64,000 nucleotides of DNA from Azolla caroliniana (Eukaryota; Plantae; Polypodiophyta), in the NCBI GenBank assembly GCA_043228905.1, contig JBHGNT010000006.1:7564001-7628000 (forward strand), written 5' to 3'. Below, in pieces: positions 1-11,759 of this stretch. Numbering within the stretch: the stretch's first letter is position 1; each line of letters opens with the position of its first letter. The notes beneath the pieces were generated by a model that saw only the letters and a list, made by a program, of their open reading frames with translations, was not told where the DNA came from and searched no databases. Made by a program: the position numbers and the translations under genes.

Positions 1-568
1 ACTGATGAAAGCGGACAGAACTATTTTCTTCGTCTTCCGCTTTCTTTATGAGCGTTCTGCGAAGCTTTTGCTGCAACGGCGACTGGGAACAAGGAAGAAA
101 TTCTTCTTCGCCTTCGTTCTTCCGAACCACATGATTTATCATACTGCCATGAAGCTTTTGCTGCAATGGCGACATATAATACCTGGGAGAAAATTCTTCT
201 TCTTCTTCTTCTTCTTCTTCTTCTTCTTCTTCTTCTTCTTCTTCTTCTTCTTCTTCTTCTTCTTCTGCTTCTGCTTCTGCTTCTGCTTCTTCTTCTTCTA
301 CTACTACTACTTTCTTCTCTTCCACTTTCTTTATCAGAGTTCCTCGAAGCTTTTGGTGCTGTAATGACGATTGAGAAAAACGAGTATAATTTGATTCTTC
401 TTCCTCATCCTCATCATCCTCATCATCGTCTTCTTCTCGTTCTGGTTCTCTCTCGGATTCCTGTGTCCTGATCACAGTTCGTCGAAGATTTTGGCGGCGC
501 GATGGGGGATCCGCAGGACGTGGAGAGGGGGGGAATCTGGTGAGGGGTTCATTCTTCATTGTGGCCAT
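1..568 (-). CDS. 5' part of an unknown acidic (poly-Glu) repeat protein; ORF runs off the left edge
   Basis: Hand translation from ATG at 568, the first ATG after an in-frame stop at 644-646, is open to position 2: MATMKNEPLTRFPPSP...EEDDDEDDEDEEEE...LQHQKLRGTLIKKVEE...(E)n...SPLQQKLHGSMI...SPLQQKLRRTLIKKAEDEE. It is preceded by a (CT)n tract typical of plant 5' UTRs. Missing from the ORF track because there is no stop in the window. Confidence 0.65.
   Translation of the reverse strand, partial: MATMKNEPLTRFPPSPRPADPPSRRQNLRRTVIRTQESEREPEREEDDDEDDEDEEEESNYTRFSQSSLQHQKLRGTLIKKVEEKKVVVVEEEEAEAEAEAEEEEEEEEEEEEEEEEEEEEEEEEFSPRYYMSPLQQKLHGSMINHVVRKNEGEEEFLPCSQSPLQQKLRRTLIKKAEDEENSSVRFHQ
194..298. 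repeat. (CTT)n/(CTTCTG)n microsatellite encoding poly-E/EA on the minus strand
   Basis: Directly visible tri- and hexanucleotide repeat. Confidence 0.95.
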
Positions 569-583
569 GCATGCATATGGGAG

Positions 584-586
<3 letters not shown>

Positions 587-642
<56 letters not shown>
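587..642. repeat. (AG)n microsatellite, i.e. (CT)n in the 5' UTR of the minus-strand gene
   Basis: Directly visible. Confidence 0.95.
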
Positions 643-645
<3 letters not shown>

Positions 646-1199
646 AGAGGAAATGAGCAGAGCAGAGCAGAGATGGCAATGGTTCTCTCTCCCTCTCTGT
701 TGACTCAGTTCTCTCTGCGTCGGCCAAGAAAATGGGGGGAAATTTCGAAAGACAAAGATGTTGTTGCATACACAAAACAAGGAAGCAAAGAGAGAGAGAG
801 AGAGAGAGAGAACCCCGTCTTCCGTCTTCCGTCTTCTGGGGCGACTTTCCTTCACCTGTTGTTGGATATGGCGGGCTTTTGTGTACAACCCAAATATGAA
901 GAAGGAGAAGAAAGAAGATGGTGAATCCTGATGATAATGGGGATGGATTCATGTAAGGAGAATTGTTGAGTTTCTTGATGTGTAGATTCTGCCGCTCTAT
1001 ATGTAGTATAATGCAGCATTGTTGATACCCCTAAGTTGATACCACTCCCTTAGCCTCCTCTATGTCCATTTTGTTATTACCTAACCTAAGCTACCCATAG
1101 ACACAACATCGACACACACACACATACACGGATTCGAGATACCATTATTGACGATGTCTCCACCCAAGATAGACTAGATTTAGAATGTGTTGTAAGAGA

Positions 1200-1800
1200 A
1201 CACAAGAAGTATGGGTGGGATTCGAAAATGACCATTGGTCAAGACACTGAGATCACTCAAAGTCATCATGCATCAATGTTGTGTTGAAGTCAAGGTCTAA
1301 CATCAAGATTGATTGTGTGTGTGTGTCGAGAATGTATCTGGAAGCCATTTATAGTTGGTTGTTCAAAATCTAGTTGATTGGCGATTGGTGAATCACCAAC
1401 TTCCCCACTTCAATTTGTAGCATTGGAAGATATTCAACATTAGCATCCAAAATGTGTTGGTCCTGAACACTCTTGAATTGAATGTTGCATCATGATTCAT
1501 CATCAATAAGTGGTTTTATGATATTTTGGTGCATCATTAGGCGATTTAGCAAGCACTAGGAATGGGGCATCATTCTTAATCACAACAAGTGTAAAATAGG
1601 GAATCAACACAATGAGGATTGGAGATACACAATTATGAGGTATGTGATGGTGTGATTGTTGTGTATCGACTCATACTATAATGTGGTAAGATCAGGCCAT
1701 TACACCATCAAGATTCAACAAGAACAAGTGGACTTGTCCAATGTAACCCTAGAAATCACATTGTTCAAAGATATGCTCTAGCCAAGACATGTGCATCCAT
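1200..1800 (+). mobile_element. Very degenerate Ty3/gypsy gag relic
   Basis: Weak similarity by eye to the gag at 49962-50786, e.g. TATCGACTCATACTATAATGTGGTAAGATCAGGCCAT vs AATCGACTATGTCTCTACTGCGGTGGACCAGGACAC (zinc knuckle). No ORF. Confidence 0.3.
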
Positions 1801-1849
1801 TGATGGATTGAAAAAAAATGGGGTCTATGATGGTTAGTGTGGTTTACAC

Positions 1850-2400
1850 ATTCAAATGCAACGTTTATGGTATACATGTGAAACTTCAACCTCCAAACCT
1901 ATTCAAAGATGCTGGCATGGCATTATGTGCATGCACAAGAATGCAAGGTTCTTTCACAAAAAGATAGAGCCAACTTTTGTACTTACAACTACATGACAAT
2001 GTGAGATATTGACATGCAAAAAAGCCTCATTCACTTAATCTTGTCATCTCTTGAAAGATTGCATTTGAACTAAATATTTTTCACTTAACATCTTTTAGGC
2101 TTTCACTTCCTTCCAATGCAAACAAACATGACCTCATGAAGGTGATTTTATAAGCATGAATCATTTTACTTCCTCCAAACCTATGACCTTAAGAGATGGT
2201 TATCATGTATTAAGAAGCATCAATGTGTTTTGTTTCTTGACATGGAGAAACGTCCAATTTTGTAGTACTGAATTCCTTGAGTAGACGACCAAAAATTATC
2301 CATATTCAAAATTACTTGATTTTCTCAATTTATTATCCACACAAAGACATTTGAGGGTACAAACCAGAAGTTAGTTACATTTAGAAAACTAATAAACTCA
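1850..2400 (-). mobile_element. Degenerate 3' fragment of an RTEX-type LINE ORF2
   Basis: Minus-strand blocks match the LINE at 36335-40945: TTTCTCCATGTCAAGAAACAA (FLHVKKQ) vs TTTCTACAAGTTAAGAAACAA (FLQVKKQ), and GTGAATGAGGCTTTTTTGCA vs GTAAATGAGGCCTTTTTGCA. Confidence 0.6.
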
Positions 2401-2697
2401 GCTAGTATGATATATACCATATATGTGTACATGTATTATCCTCCAAAACAACTTGCCTTCCTAATAATCCATTAGAACCATCCAGAAGCATATAAAACTC
2501 GTTCCCCTAGTGAAGTCCACAAAAAGATGCAAGAACTGTTTTTTGTAAAGAAACCGTACACTACCAGAAAAAAAGTGAAAACAGCATAGGAGATTGTTCA
2601 CAATGACAGAATTATAAAGGAGGGTATGGCATTCCTTCGAAGACATATATGGTTGGCTACCTTTAACACAAGGTTTTATGAAGACAAAAGGTCTGTC

Positions 2698-3183
2698 TTA
2701 TATTTAGTGATATAGTTATATGTGTAACTTCTTAAGATATATTTATAGACGTAAGGGTTAAAGTCGCACCATCCCTCGAAGAAAATGCCTTGGTGAGAAG
2801 TGATGAATAGTTAAATACCTTAGCAATGGTGAGGCATATTAGGTAGGATGGAGGACATATGATGGTATAGATTTGTCTTTGCAAAGAAGCCGTGAGCAAG
2901 AAAAGGCCACCTTAGGATATCATTTATAGAGAGACAAGATTTATATTTAGTGATATAGTTATATGTGTAACTTCTTAAGATATATTTATAGACGTAAGGG
3001 TTAAAGTCGCACCATCCCTCGAAGAAAATGCCTTGGTGAGAAGTGATGAATAGTTAAATACCTTAGCAATGGTGAGGCATATTAGGTAGGATGGAGGACA
3101 TATGAGGGTATAGATTTGTCTTTGCAAAGAAGCCGTAAGCAAGAAAAGGCCACCTTAGGAGATCATTTATAGAGAGACAAGAA
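2698..3183. repeat. Near-perfect tandem duplication, unit about 243 bp
   Basis: TTATATTTAGTGATATAGTTATATG...GAGACAAGA starts at 2698 and again at 2941. Confidence 0.95.
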
Positions 3184-4293
3184 CAGTCTTCTCTTCGACG
3201 AAGATGCAAAAACTGTCATTTACCTGAGGATGTGGAAGATACATACATGCATATCAGCATCTTCGTAGGAGACTTCCAAACACATAGACCTTGCCTTTCA
3301 AGACAAAGCATTCAATACTACCCCCACTGAAGAGAAGATGGTAAACAAAGATGGAAGATATCACAGATCTGGAAGCTGATTAAAAAGCGTCTATGAACAG
3401 TGTAGATTAAGGACAGAATGAAGAAGAAAGGAAGGGATCAATTTGTCTTTCCAAGAAGCCACAAGAAAGAACATAAAATGATCATTGTAGGATGGTAGGA
3501 GATATTCTTGACGATGCAAGAGAAACTGTATTTTCCTCGAAGATCATAAAGCAACCACAGGGAATAATATAAATTCATTGTAGAAGATATTCATGAAGAT
3601 GCAAGAAGAACCGGCTTTTCTTTCAACATGTAGATGCTAGGAGCAGAGGTACCATATGCATCCTCGTCATAGAAGGTATTTCAATGGGAAGTTGCCTTCC
3701 TATTGATCTCCTTTGAAATAACATATGCTTAAATGAAGAATGAAGATTGCAGACTTTGAAGCTGATTAACCCTCTTTTAGGAGTAGCGATGATGATGACG
3801 GTGATGCAGTATCTTAAAACCATTTTAGAGGCAAAAGTTCCAAGCAGAAGCAGAAGAAGAAGAAGAAAAAGAATGAAGAAGCAGCAGCAAGTGAGAAGCC
3901 ATACCACATCGATCCATGGCAGACGCACACCTCAAAACACAACAAAAAATCCTACATGAGCTTTGTTTATGTTTGATTCCACAACTTTCTACAATTCTAA
4001 ATAATAATAATTAAACAATAAGACTGAAGCGCATGTATATAGGTTAGGCTGAATGAGTTTGAAAATCAAACCACGCAGAGCAGAGACTTATCCATCATCT
4101 GAGCTTACAGTATTCTGCCCAGAGCTAAATGAAGATAAATTTAGCAACTCTGATGTTGGTCATTACTCCTGAGATCTAAATCCGGTTGCAACAAAAAAGT
4201 CCAGCATGCATACTATGATGCCAAGAGCATGTTTGTCATATCAAGAGCGTTCTTAGCATTAATTGTGTGACAGCTGAAAAACATACATTCTCA

Positions 4294-7109
4294 TCAAGGG
4301 CTGATGCTTCTCTCAACACGGCGCTCCTTTACAAGAGGACTCCTTCTGATAAAATAACCATGCATATAGTTAAATAATGGTTTACAATCTTATACAAACA
4401 TAGGTTAGTTGTCAAGGCAGCTATACCCATTAGCAATAGGAGAATCTTTGTAGCTTGTTCGTCGAGGAGCTGGTGACCGACTCAAACTTCGTTCTCTTGG
4501 AGGAGAATAGCTTGGTCTCGTGCGTATAGGTGACCGACTCTTCCTAGATCCATAAGCTGCAGGGCTCCTGCGGCGAGGACTTGCACCGTTCCGGCGGGGA
4601 CTTGCACCACTATGATACAAAGCACACAAAAACATGCATTTCTACTACTGGCCATGTTTTGTTTTGTTTCAAAAAAACATGATATGGTATAACAAAAATG
4701 AATGAAAGTCCAATGCAATATTATATATATAACCTTGTGCGAATAGGTGACCGACTCCTTCTATATCCATAAGCACCAGGGCTCTTGCGGCGAGGAGGAC
4801 TTGCACCATTGCGGCGGGGACTTGCACCACTGTAACACAACACATACATAAATATTCATTTCTATTGCTGTGGTGTCAAAAGAAACTGCCATTTCCAAGG
4901 TTTTATTTTTTACTATGGCTTCTTACAAAAACGACAGAGATTGCAATCCCATTTGGATCGTGGGACATGATTCTCAAAGAAGATGCAAACTCCAAAATCA
5001 ATGTAAAGTACAAAATGGTGAGGTATCAAATTTCCTAAATATTACCAACAATTTTATGAAGCGACAAATATTTCCTGATGGCTATAGAGCCTAGGATTTA
5101 GAGAATGTATGAATATAAACTGAGCAATTGAAAAAGGTTGCCGAAAAAGTCACATGAAATCTAAAAGATTTTGTGTCACATAAATAATTGTAACTTATTT
5201 TGAGCATCGACTTCTAGCTTGATGGTAATGACATATACCTTCGTCCATAGCTTGGGCTTCGGCGATAACGGGGGCTCCGGCTGCGTGCTCGAACTCCACT
5301 ACCGAGGCCTGTGGGTCCAATGCGTAATCGGCACTCTCTTGCAAAGTGGCCACCCTCTCCACATTCATAGCATTTCATATCATCTCCTCCTCCACTACCA
5401 CCACGGCTCCCACCACGAGGGCCACCACCACCTCCTACTCCACCACCTGCACCACCACCTCCACCTGAACTGCGAGAAAGCTCAACTCTCCATCCACTTT
5501 TTCCTGATTATTTCCAAAAAAACATTATAGGAGTACTAACCAATATTGTAATAGAAACGCATATTCATTATTCTGAAAAAATAGAATTGAAACACTAGGC
5601 TTTATACAAAGAATTAAACTGAAATTTGAAGAAAGATTTAAGCAATATTAGAACAAATAGGTTATTCACATTCCTGAACTAACACTTACATTGTAGAGTT
5701 TAAATAAAGATGTCAGGTTTTGGCCTGATATTGAATATTGATTCGTCAAAGTCTTTCACCAATATTAACACATACATTTTCAGGGAAGAATAGAGAAAAA
5801 ATGAACCAGTCGTAAAGCAGAAAGCAACCTGAAATTTCAGGTTTAAATAAGATATAGAATTTCTGATTGGCATTTTATACCATTTAATGCTCGAATGGCA
5901 TCATTTGCATCTCTACGGTCCTCAAATTCCACAAATGCAAATCCAGGAGGCTTCCTTGCAACCCAAACGCTGCAGAGAAGAAGAAGTACATCACTTTTAC
6001 AGCACAATCAAACAGCTCACAGAAATCAACACTCTGAAACCCTCCTACGAGCAATTGTTGATCTTTTCATTTCCAAATTCATTCTTTGATGGGGGTCCAA
6101 AGGAAAGGAACATCGGACCACATGATAAGCACAAAAAAGATGGAAAGATAAAGTTTAAAAACTGGAAAAAATAAATCTGGCCAAGATACTAGCTTATCTA
6201 CAACCCCCAAAACTGTGTCCTAGTTCAACTACAATTCTTCTTGCATATCGATTTGGTTTTGCTAAGACCTTCAACATCAAAAGCTATGATATTCAAAAAC
6301 TTCACAGATGCAAGCATTTTTCCAAATATAGGTGGATATTATAATATCTTTATAGAATTTCGTTCTCAGATGTTGATCTACTTCTCCTTCTTTGGAGAAT
6401 AGTTTTAATCAGACGCACAACTGTTTGCCATAAACATGTTGCTCTCCAATGCATATCTCAGAACAACGCCATTAACGTTCACATGTAGAACTTTGAAAAA
6501 CTGTGATACATACTTCATCATCAAACTCTTATTTTAGGTTTTCATTGTGGGAAGCAGGATATAATTTTTTATGGAAACTCTTACCAGATCAACATTTTGT
6601 TCTCGGATGTAGACCTTAGAGCATTGTTATAGAAATTTTGTCCCTGTGTAAGTTATTTTATTGCCTAACTCTAATCAGACACAAGAAAGTCTATCGTCCG
6701 GTCTTCTGTCACAGACGAAAGATCTTACAGAATATCCTTATTAATCATTTTCGTCTCTGGAAAGTGGACAGAGAACTAAAGAACAGGAGAAAAAACTTGA
6801 AAGGAATTCAAAAAGAAATAATAGAGAAAAAAACAAGGTCGAGACACATATCAGCTACAGATCTGACAAATCTATATTTCGGAACGAAGAAGAAACAAGG
6901 ATGTGATGAATGCTATTCCTACCCCTCCACAAAACTCGAGAGCTTCTGAAAACAACGAACTACGGATCTGATACAAAGCGGAGGGAGATGAAGAAATGAT
7001 AGAAGAAACATTAACCGCACCTGCGGAGAACGCCGTACTGTCTGAATTCGTCTTCGAGGTCGCGTTCAGTAGATCGAGGATCCAGGTTCCCGACGTAGAT
7101 ACGCGACAT
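4294..7109 (-). CDS. RSZ22: Serine/arginine-rich splicing factor, RSZ21/RSZ22 subfamily (RRM, Gly-rich linker, CCHC zinc knuckle, RS domain), about 257 aa. Exons 7109-7021, 5969-5881, 5503-5239, 4829-4734, 4609-4427, 4345-4294
   Basis: Spliced translation [70 protein letters not shown]...[19 protein letters not shown]...[13 protein letters not shown]...[22 protein letters not shown]. All introns are GT-AG with consistent phases; total 774 nt. Paralog identity within RSZ21/22 is not resolved. Confidence 0.93.
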
Positions 7110-7227
7110 GGCGGAACACTAACTCTTCTCCTTCTCCTTCTCCTTCTCCTTCTCCTCCTCCTCCTCCTCCTTCGTCTTCTTCTTCGTCTTCGTCTTCTGT
7201 GCAGAAGAACCTTAGTTGTGTGTGTGC

Positions 7228-7254
<27 letters not shown>

Positions 7255-7272
<18 letters not shown>

Positions 7273-7612
7273 GATAACTAGGGTTAAAAGAAACTTGATA
7301 CACAGCTTCAATGAAATGCCTAGTTTTTGTTATTTCCATGCATGCCCTCGTGCTGGCCTCTTAAGAGATCCATCCGTCCCTCTGTCCGTCCCTGTGTGGC
7401 TCGGACACTCAGATGACGCCCCATTTATTCGGGCATGTCGTGAGAGAGATAGAGACAGAGAGAGATGATAACTAGGGTTAAAATAAACTTGATACGCAAC
7501 TTCAATGAAATGCCTCGTTTTTGTTATTTACATGCATGCCCTCTCATTGGCCTTCCGAAGAGATCCATCCATCTGTTCGTCCCGGTGTGGCTCGAACACT
7601 CAAATGACGCTG
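7255..7612. promoter_or_regulatory. Diverged tandem duplication (about 194 bp unit) in the RSZ proximal promoter; each copy has an (AG)n run and a telo-box-like AACCCTA (minus)
   Basis: GAGAGATGATAACTAGGGTTAAAA...ACTCAGATGACGC at ~7266-7419 and ~7460-7610, immediately upstream of the RSZ 5' UTR. Confidence 0.7.
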
Positions 7613-8622
7613 CATTGGTTTGGCCATCACGATGCGTACAATGTACTTGTCGTAGATCCAACGTCCATCCCAACGTGACGTATCCTCGCCTGCATCTCAC
7701 CATATGACACCTCTAGAAACGCCACCCGTTCTTGTTGGTGCTCCGACCTGCCTGAGGGGTGCTCGTGTCTACCGTCTGTCCTTCCTCCTTGATGACAATC
7801 TTCACATTCCCTCATTTACAACCATGCCCCCTCCCCTCCCCCCAAATTTCGTAATTTAATGTCGGCTTCGTCATTAGTACGTAGGGATAGAATTCTCGTT
7901 GTTATAGTAACTTTTGTGTATGAATGAGCAAGTCAATAAAGTTGGAGTGTTGATACGCATGGTCGACAACTAGGGATGCATTTAATTGTGGCTAGGTTTT
8001 GGAGGACATTATTAGCTATAGTGTGCACGCAATTGCAACTAATAACCTTCATGTCGCCCTATGAGAACTAGACCATATAAGGGGGGCCATGCACAGTTTG
8101 AGATAATGTATGACCATATAAATTCACTTCCCCAAATGATCGTGTATGAGAAAAGCATACAATACAAATTCACCTACCACAAAAGCTAGTGTTGCAAAAA
8201 TTAAGGGTTTAGGGTTTTAGGTTCGAATTGAGTATTTGAAAGGGATTCTATGCCCATGGTGCACAATTTATTCGTCGCAAAATGGATTTTCTTACCAAAA
8301 CCTCCTTAAAAATACTTGAGTTTCTTGTACAATAGAATTTGTGCATTTGCGGCGTTCTCCCTACACTCTCATGTGCTCTATTTGTTCTTTTTCTCCTTTC
8401 TCAAAACCTAGATACTTATTGTTGAGATATCTAGCTCAACTAAGTCTACTTGTTTTAGTCAACCATGTAACTTAGTAGTTACATACAGTGTTGCCTTTTG
8501 ACGGCTAACATTGCCTGTCATGAGAACGGTATTCCAAAAAATTTGCCCGTCAAATTGACGGTTTGTCAAAAAAAATGCCCTTCAAAAAGTAAATACATCG
8601 AATATTTGTACGAAACAATATA

Positions 8623-10863
8623 TTATATCCTTCTATCCTTTGCATCTTTCCAAATTTCATGTACACGATCCCATTGTATTTCTTCAATGCGTGGCCCATT
8701 CAATGAGACTCGCATTAAATCATCTAAATGCTCTATATTCAATCGATTTCTTTTCATCTCTTTGATGAGATTTTGCTTAGAGAACCCTCTCTCACACGAA
8801 ACTGTGCTAGAAGGAATAACCAAAGTAGCTTGCCATAATTTCATCAAATGAGGGAAACTATCTTGCCAATCCTTCATTTTGCAAAACATACGCCAAGCTT
8901 CATGCATAGTATAGCCTTCACAATTTAAACGTAAAGTGTCAACAAACCTATAGAGTTCCATTTCACAAGCCTTTGCATCATGTGAAATTTGAGGACATGC
9001 ATTGACATCAACATTTGGCTGTAAGTGAGAAATCAAAATTCCCAACCATGTCTTTGCTTTACTATCCCTAATCACATCATCATCTGCATAATGGCATGGG
9101 CTGAATAATTTTGCTGCATTGAAGAGGCTTAAGTCAGGGAATCTTGCATTTAGTCCATCAATAACATTTTGCACATAATTTTGAGATAGTTTAATACAAC
9201 TTTCAAGTGATCCATCTATAAATGGCCTCATTCCCTTAGATTTTGCAATATTGGGATTTGGATCATTTTGACTTGCTTTATCCATAGGAATTTGTTTGAC
9301 GTATAGTTCATGTCTATATGTAACGCCATCTTTATCCTCTATTTCCAAAAACCCAACTTTAGAACATCTTAAGAACTTGGATAAATACATTGTTCCATCC
9401 GCAAATGTGTCATTTCTCAAGAAAGACCTCCGCAAATTAGAAATTGTAATATCAATTTCTGCACCAATTGAAGTTACATCCAAATTCTCTTTTTGAAGTT
9501 TCAAGCTCAAGATATTCATCAAATGCAACACATCAGCCATCATACAAAAGCAAAATTGCACACTATAGATACAAGCTTTATTATACCACTCGTTTAAGTT
9601 CTCTTTCTTCCAAATAGTAAGTATTGCAGGCATTATACTCACTAGTCTTTCCATGACTTGACCACGTGACAACCAACGAATATTATGAATTTGTAATGGT
9701 CTATGAGCATCCAATTGCATTTGTTCCAAGAGCTCTAAAATTTCATGTGTCCTTTTGGTACTATTGTTAGCCCATGCATATACCTTATTTGCAATTTTTT
9801 CTACAAGAATGAGCTCAGGGATATCTTTAGATACATCTGAAATAACCAATGCTTCTCTATGAGCTATACAATGTACACCAACCAAATTTGGGATATCATT
9901 TTTCATTAATGTTACTGTTCCAATTTCACTACCAATCATTGATGATGCACCATCAGTTGCCAATCCGATCAACTTGTTCATGTTGAGGCATCGATCGCCT
10001 AATAGATGCTTAACATGTTCATATATAGTTCTACCTTTACCATTGGGAATTTTCAGCAAACCCATATATTCAGTTTGCTTAGGCCCACAACCACCACATT
10101 GCAAATATGTAACATACATAATGAGATGCAACTCTAATCCATTGTCAGTACTTTCATCTAGCATCAAAGAGTAGTATGGGGAATTTATTAGGTTTGAGCT
10201 TTGAATTTCTAGAAGATATTTCCCGAAGGCAACCAAAAATTCATATCCCCCATATCTACTAGTATAAGATATATAATCATGTTGCTTAGGCATATTAGGC
10301 ACCTCTAGTAGCACAGCCAAATCACATAATTCTTGGTATGTAGCGATAGACAAATCTTTTTTTGCAATAAAGTACATGAGTTTCATTGTTGTTATGACCT
10401 TATTTTTGTTAATATCATCTAATTGTGATACATGCTTTGGGATGGACATTGCTTTCCCTTCAACATCACATATCCACTTTGATGCACATAATTTATGACC
10501 ACTTGAGTTGACATGGGTCAAAATTGCATCAAGTTGCAAAGTAATGCATCCAGAACCAAGACCCCAAGGCCCAGGACTAGCGTATTTCTCACACCATGCA
10601 CATTTCATTAATGTTTTGTCTCCTTGCACAATGCATCTTATCCATGGGAATTTATCTCTCCATGCTTCACGGAATTTTCTCTTAGGCTTTTCTTTAGTTA
10701 TATTAGAGGAACAACTCTCTCGAGTTAAACTCTCTAAATCAGTCCCAAACATATCCATATCCTCATTTAACTCATTGTTTAGATTTATGTCATTGGTATC
10801 GTTGGGTGGTTTCCATGCAAACATCGGACTGATGGTTCGTTGGTTTTTTCTTTTAGGAGCCAT
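8623..10863 (-). CDS. hAT transposase (ZNF862-like: N-terminal Zn-finger, DDE core, hATC dimerisation domain), about 746 aa
   Basis: Motifs WRDKFPWI..C..C, YYSLMLDESTD, GLATDGAS, HCIAH, IRWLS, PSSTVSCERGFS. ATG at 10863 (MAPKRK) follows a pyrimidine tract and AG acceptor. Confidence 0.92.
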   Translation of the reverse strand: MAPKRKNQRTISPMFAWKPPNDTNDINLNNELNEDMDMFGTDLESLTRESCSSNITKEKPKRKFREAWRDKFPWIRCIVQGDKTLMKCAWCEKYASPGPWGLGSGCITLQLDAILTHVNSSGHKLCASKWICDVEGKAMSIPKHVSQLDDINKNKVITTMKLMYFIAKKDLSIATYQELCDLAVLLEVPNMPKQHDYISYTSRYGGYEFLVAFGKYLLEIQSSNLINSPYYSLMLDESTDNGLELHLIMYVTYLQCGGCGPKQTEYMGLLKIPNGKGRTIYEHVKHLLGDRCLNMNKLIGLATDGASSMIGSEIGTVTLMKNDIPNLVGVHCIAHREALVISDVSKDIPELILVEKIANKVYAWANNSTKRTHEILELLEQMQLDAHRPLQIHNIRWLSRGQVMERLVSIMPAILTIWKKENLNEWYNKACIYSVQFCFCMMADVLHLMNILSLKLQKENLDVTSIGAEIDITISNLRRSFLRNDTFADGTMYLSKFLRCSKVGFLEIEDKDGVTYRHELYVKQIPMDKASQNDPNPNIAKSKGMRPFIDGSLESCIKLSQNYVQNVIDGLNARFPDLSLFNAAKLFSPCHYADDDVIRDSKAKTWLGILISHLQPNVDVNACPQISHDAKACEMELYRFVDTLRLNCEGYTMHEAWRMFCKMKDWQDSFPHLMKLWQATLVIPSSTVSCERGFSKQNLIKEMKRNRLNIEHLDDLMRVSLNGPRIEEIQWDRVHEIWKDAKDRRI

Positions 10864-11759
10864 AATTATTCTGAATAAGAAGAAATGGGTCATGTAAGAA
10901 AAGATCATACCATCAGTTCAAAACAATCACTAGCATCATTAAACCCATACATATTAGTTATGACCTGTTGGGCAATGAGATTTTACATGAATATAATTCC
11001 CAAACTTTTGCCCTTAAAGAGGAGAGCAATACTAGTTTTGATGGACTAGTAAAAGAATTTGGGTGGATCAGAACAACAAGGGTTTGAAGTGGAGCATCGG
11101 GAATAGGAAAAAAGTCAATGGACGAGGCTCAAACTCAGATGTTAAGGTGTGAATGGGGGGGGAGTCACGTATTAGAATTTAGAACAAAAATACGAAGGGT
11201 ATCAGCTGTAATTACGTGATACTACACCAAAGGGTATTTTGTAATAATATTAACCCAATAACAGATATTATTCTTCCAAATTCCAAGAGGAAATATTTTC
11301 CTTGAATTTATTTATTTATTTGTTGGTTTGTTTTTATGCTGTTTGTATTTTCGTCACTGCGAGTTGGACAGAGCTTGAAGGTCGAGAATAAAAGAAATAA
11401 AAAAGGAAAAGAGAAATAGAGAATAAATGTAATTTCTCTCTTTCATCTTCTTTTTGACTAAATTTTGCTTCTTTAGTTTGCTTGTTTTGGTCTAAATTTG
11501 GGTCTTCTATTTATAGAGACTCTCACCATTAGGGTTTGATCTATCGTCTCAGTTCCTTGGATTGAATTTCTAGAGATTTCTTTTCACCTATTTACAACAA
11601 ACTATTTGTGAATTCTCGAAGAAATTTCATCGTATATATATACCTATATTATAGCTGGAGAAATCAAAGGGTATAGAAGAGCAAAAGGAAGTAGGGGAAA
11701 CCAACATACTTCAAAAACTGGAGAAGAAAAATCAACCGGAAGAGCAAAATCTCCAGCCA

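Noticed and set aside
5-952. Poly-F, poly-L and ER/SL ORFs in the track (also 6872-7468, 12995-13326, 54873-55121)
   Set aside because: Alternative-frame translations of microsatellites
3190-3960. Short ORFs and GAAGA-rich sequence downstream of RSZ
   Set aside because: No recognisable protein motif; probably 3' UTR or intergenic
8203-8222. AGGGTTTAGGGTTTTAGG telomere-like stretch
   Set aside because: Only two to three imperfect units; ordinary telo-box-like sequence, not a telomere
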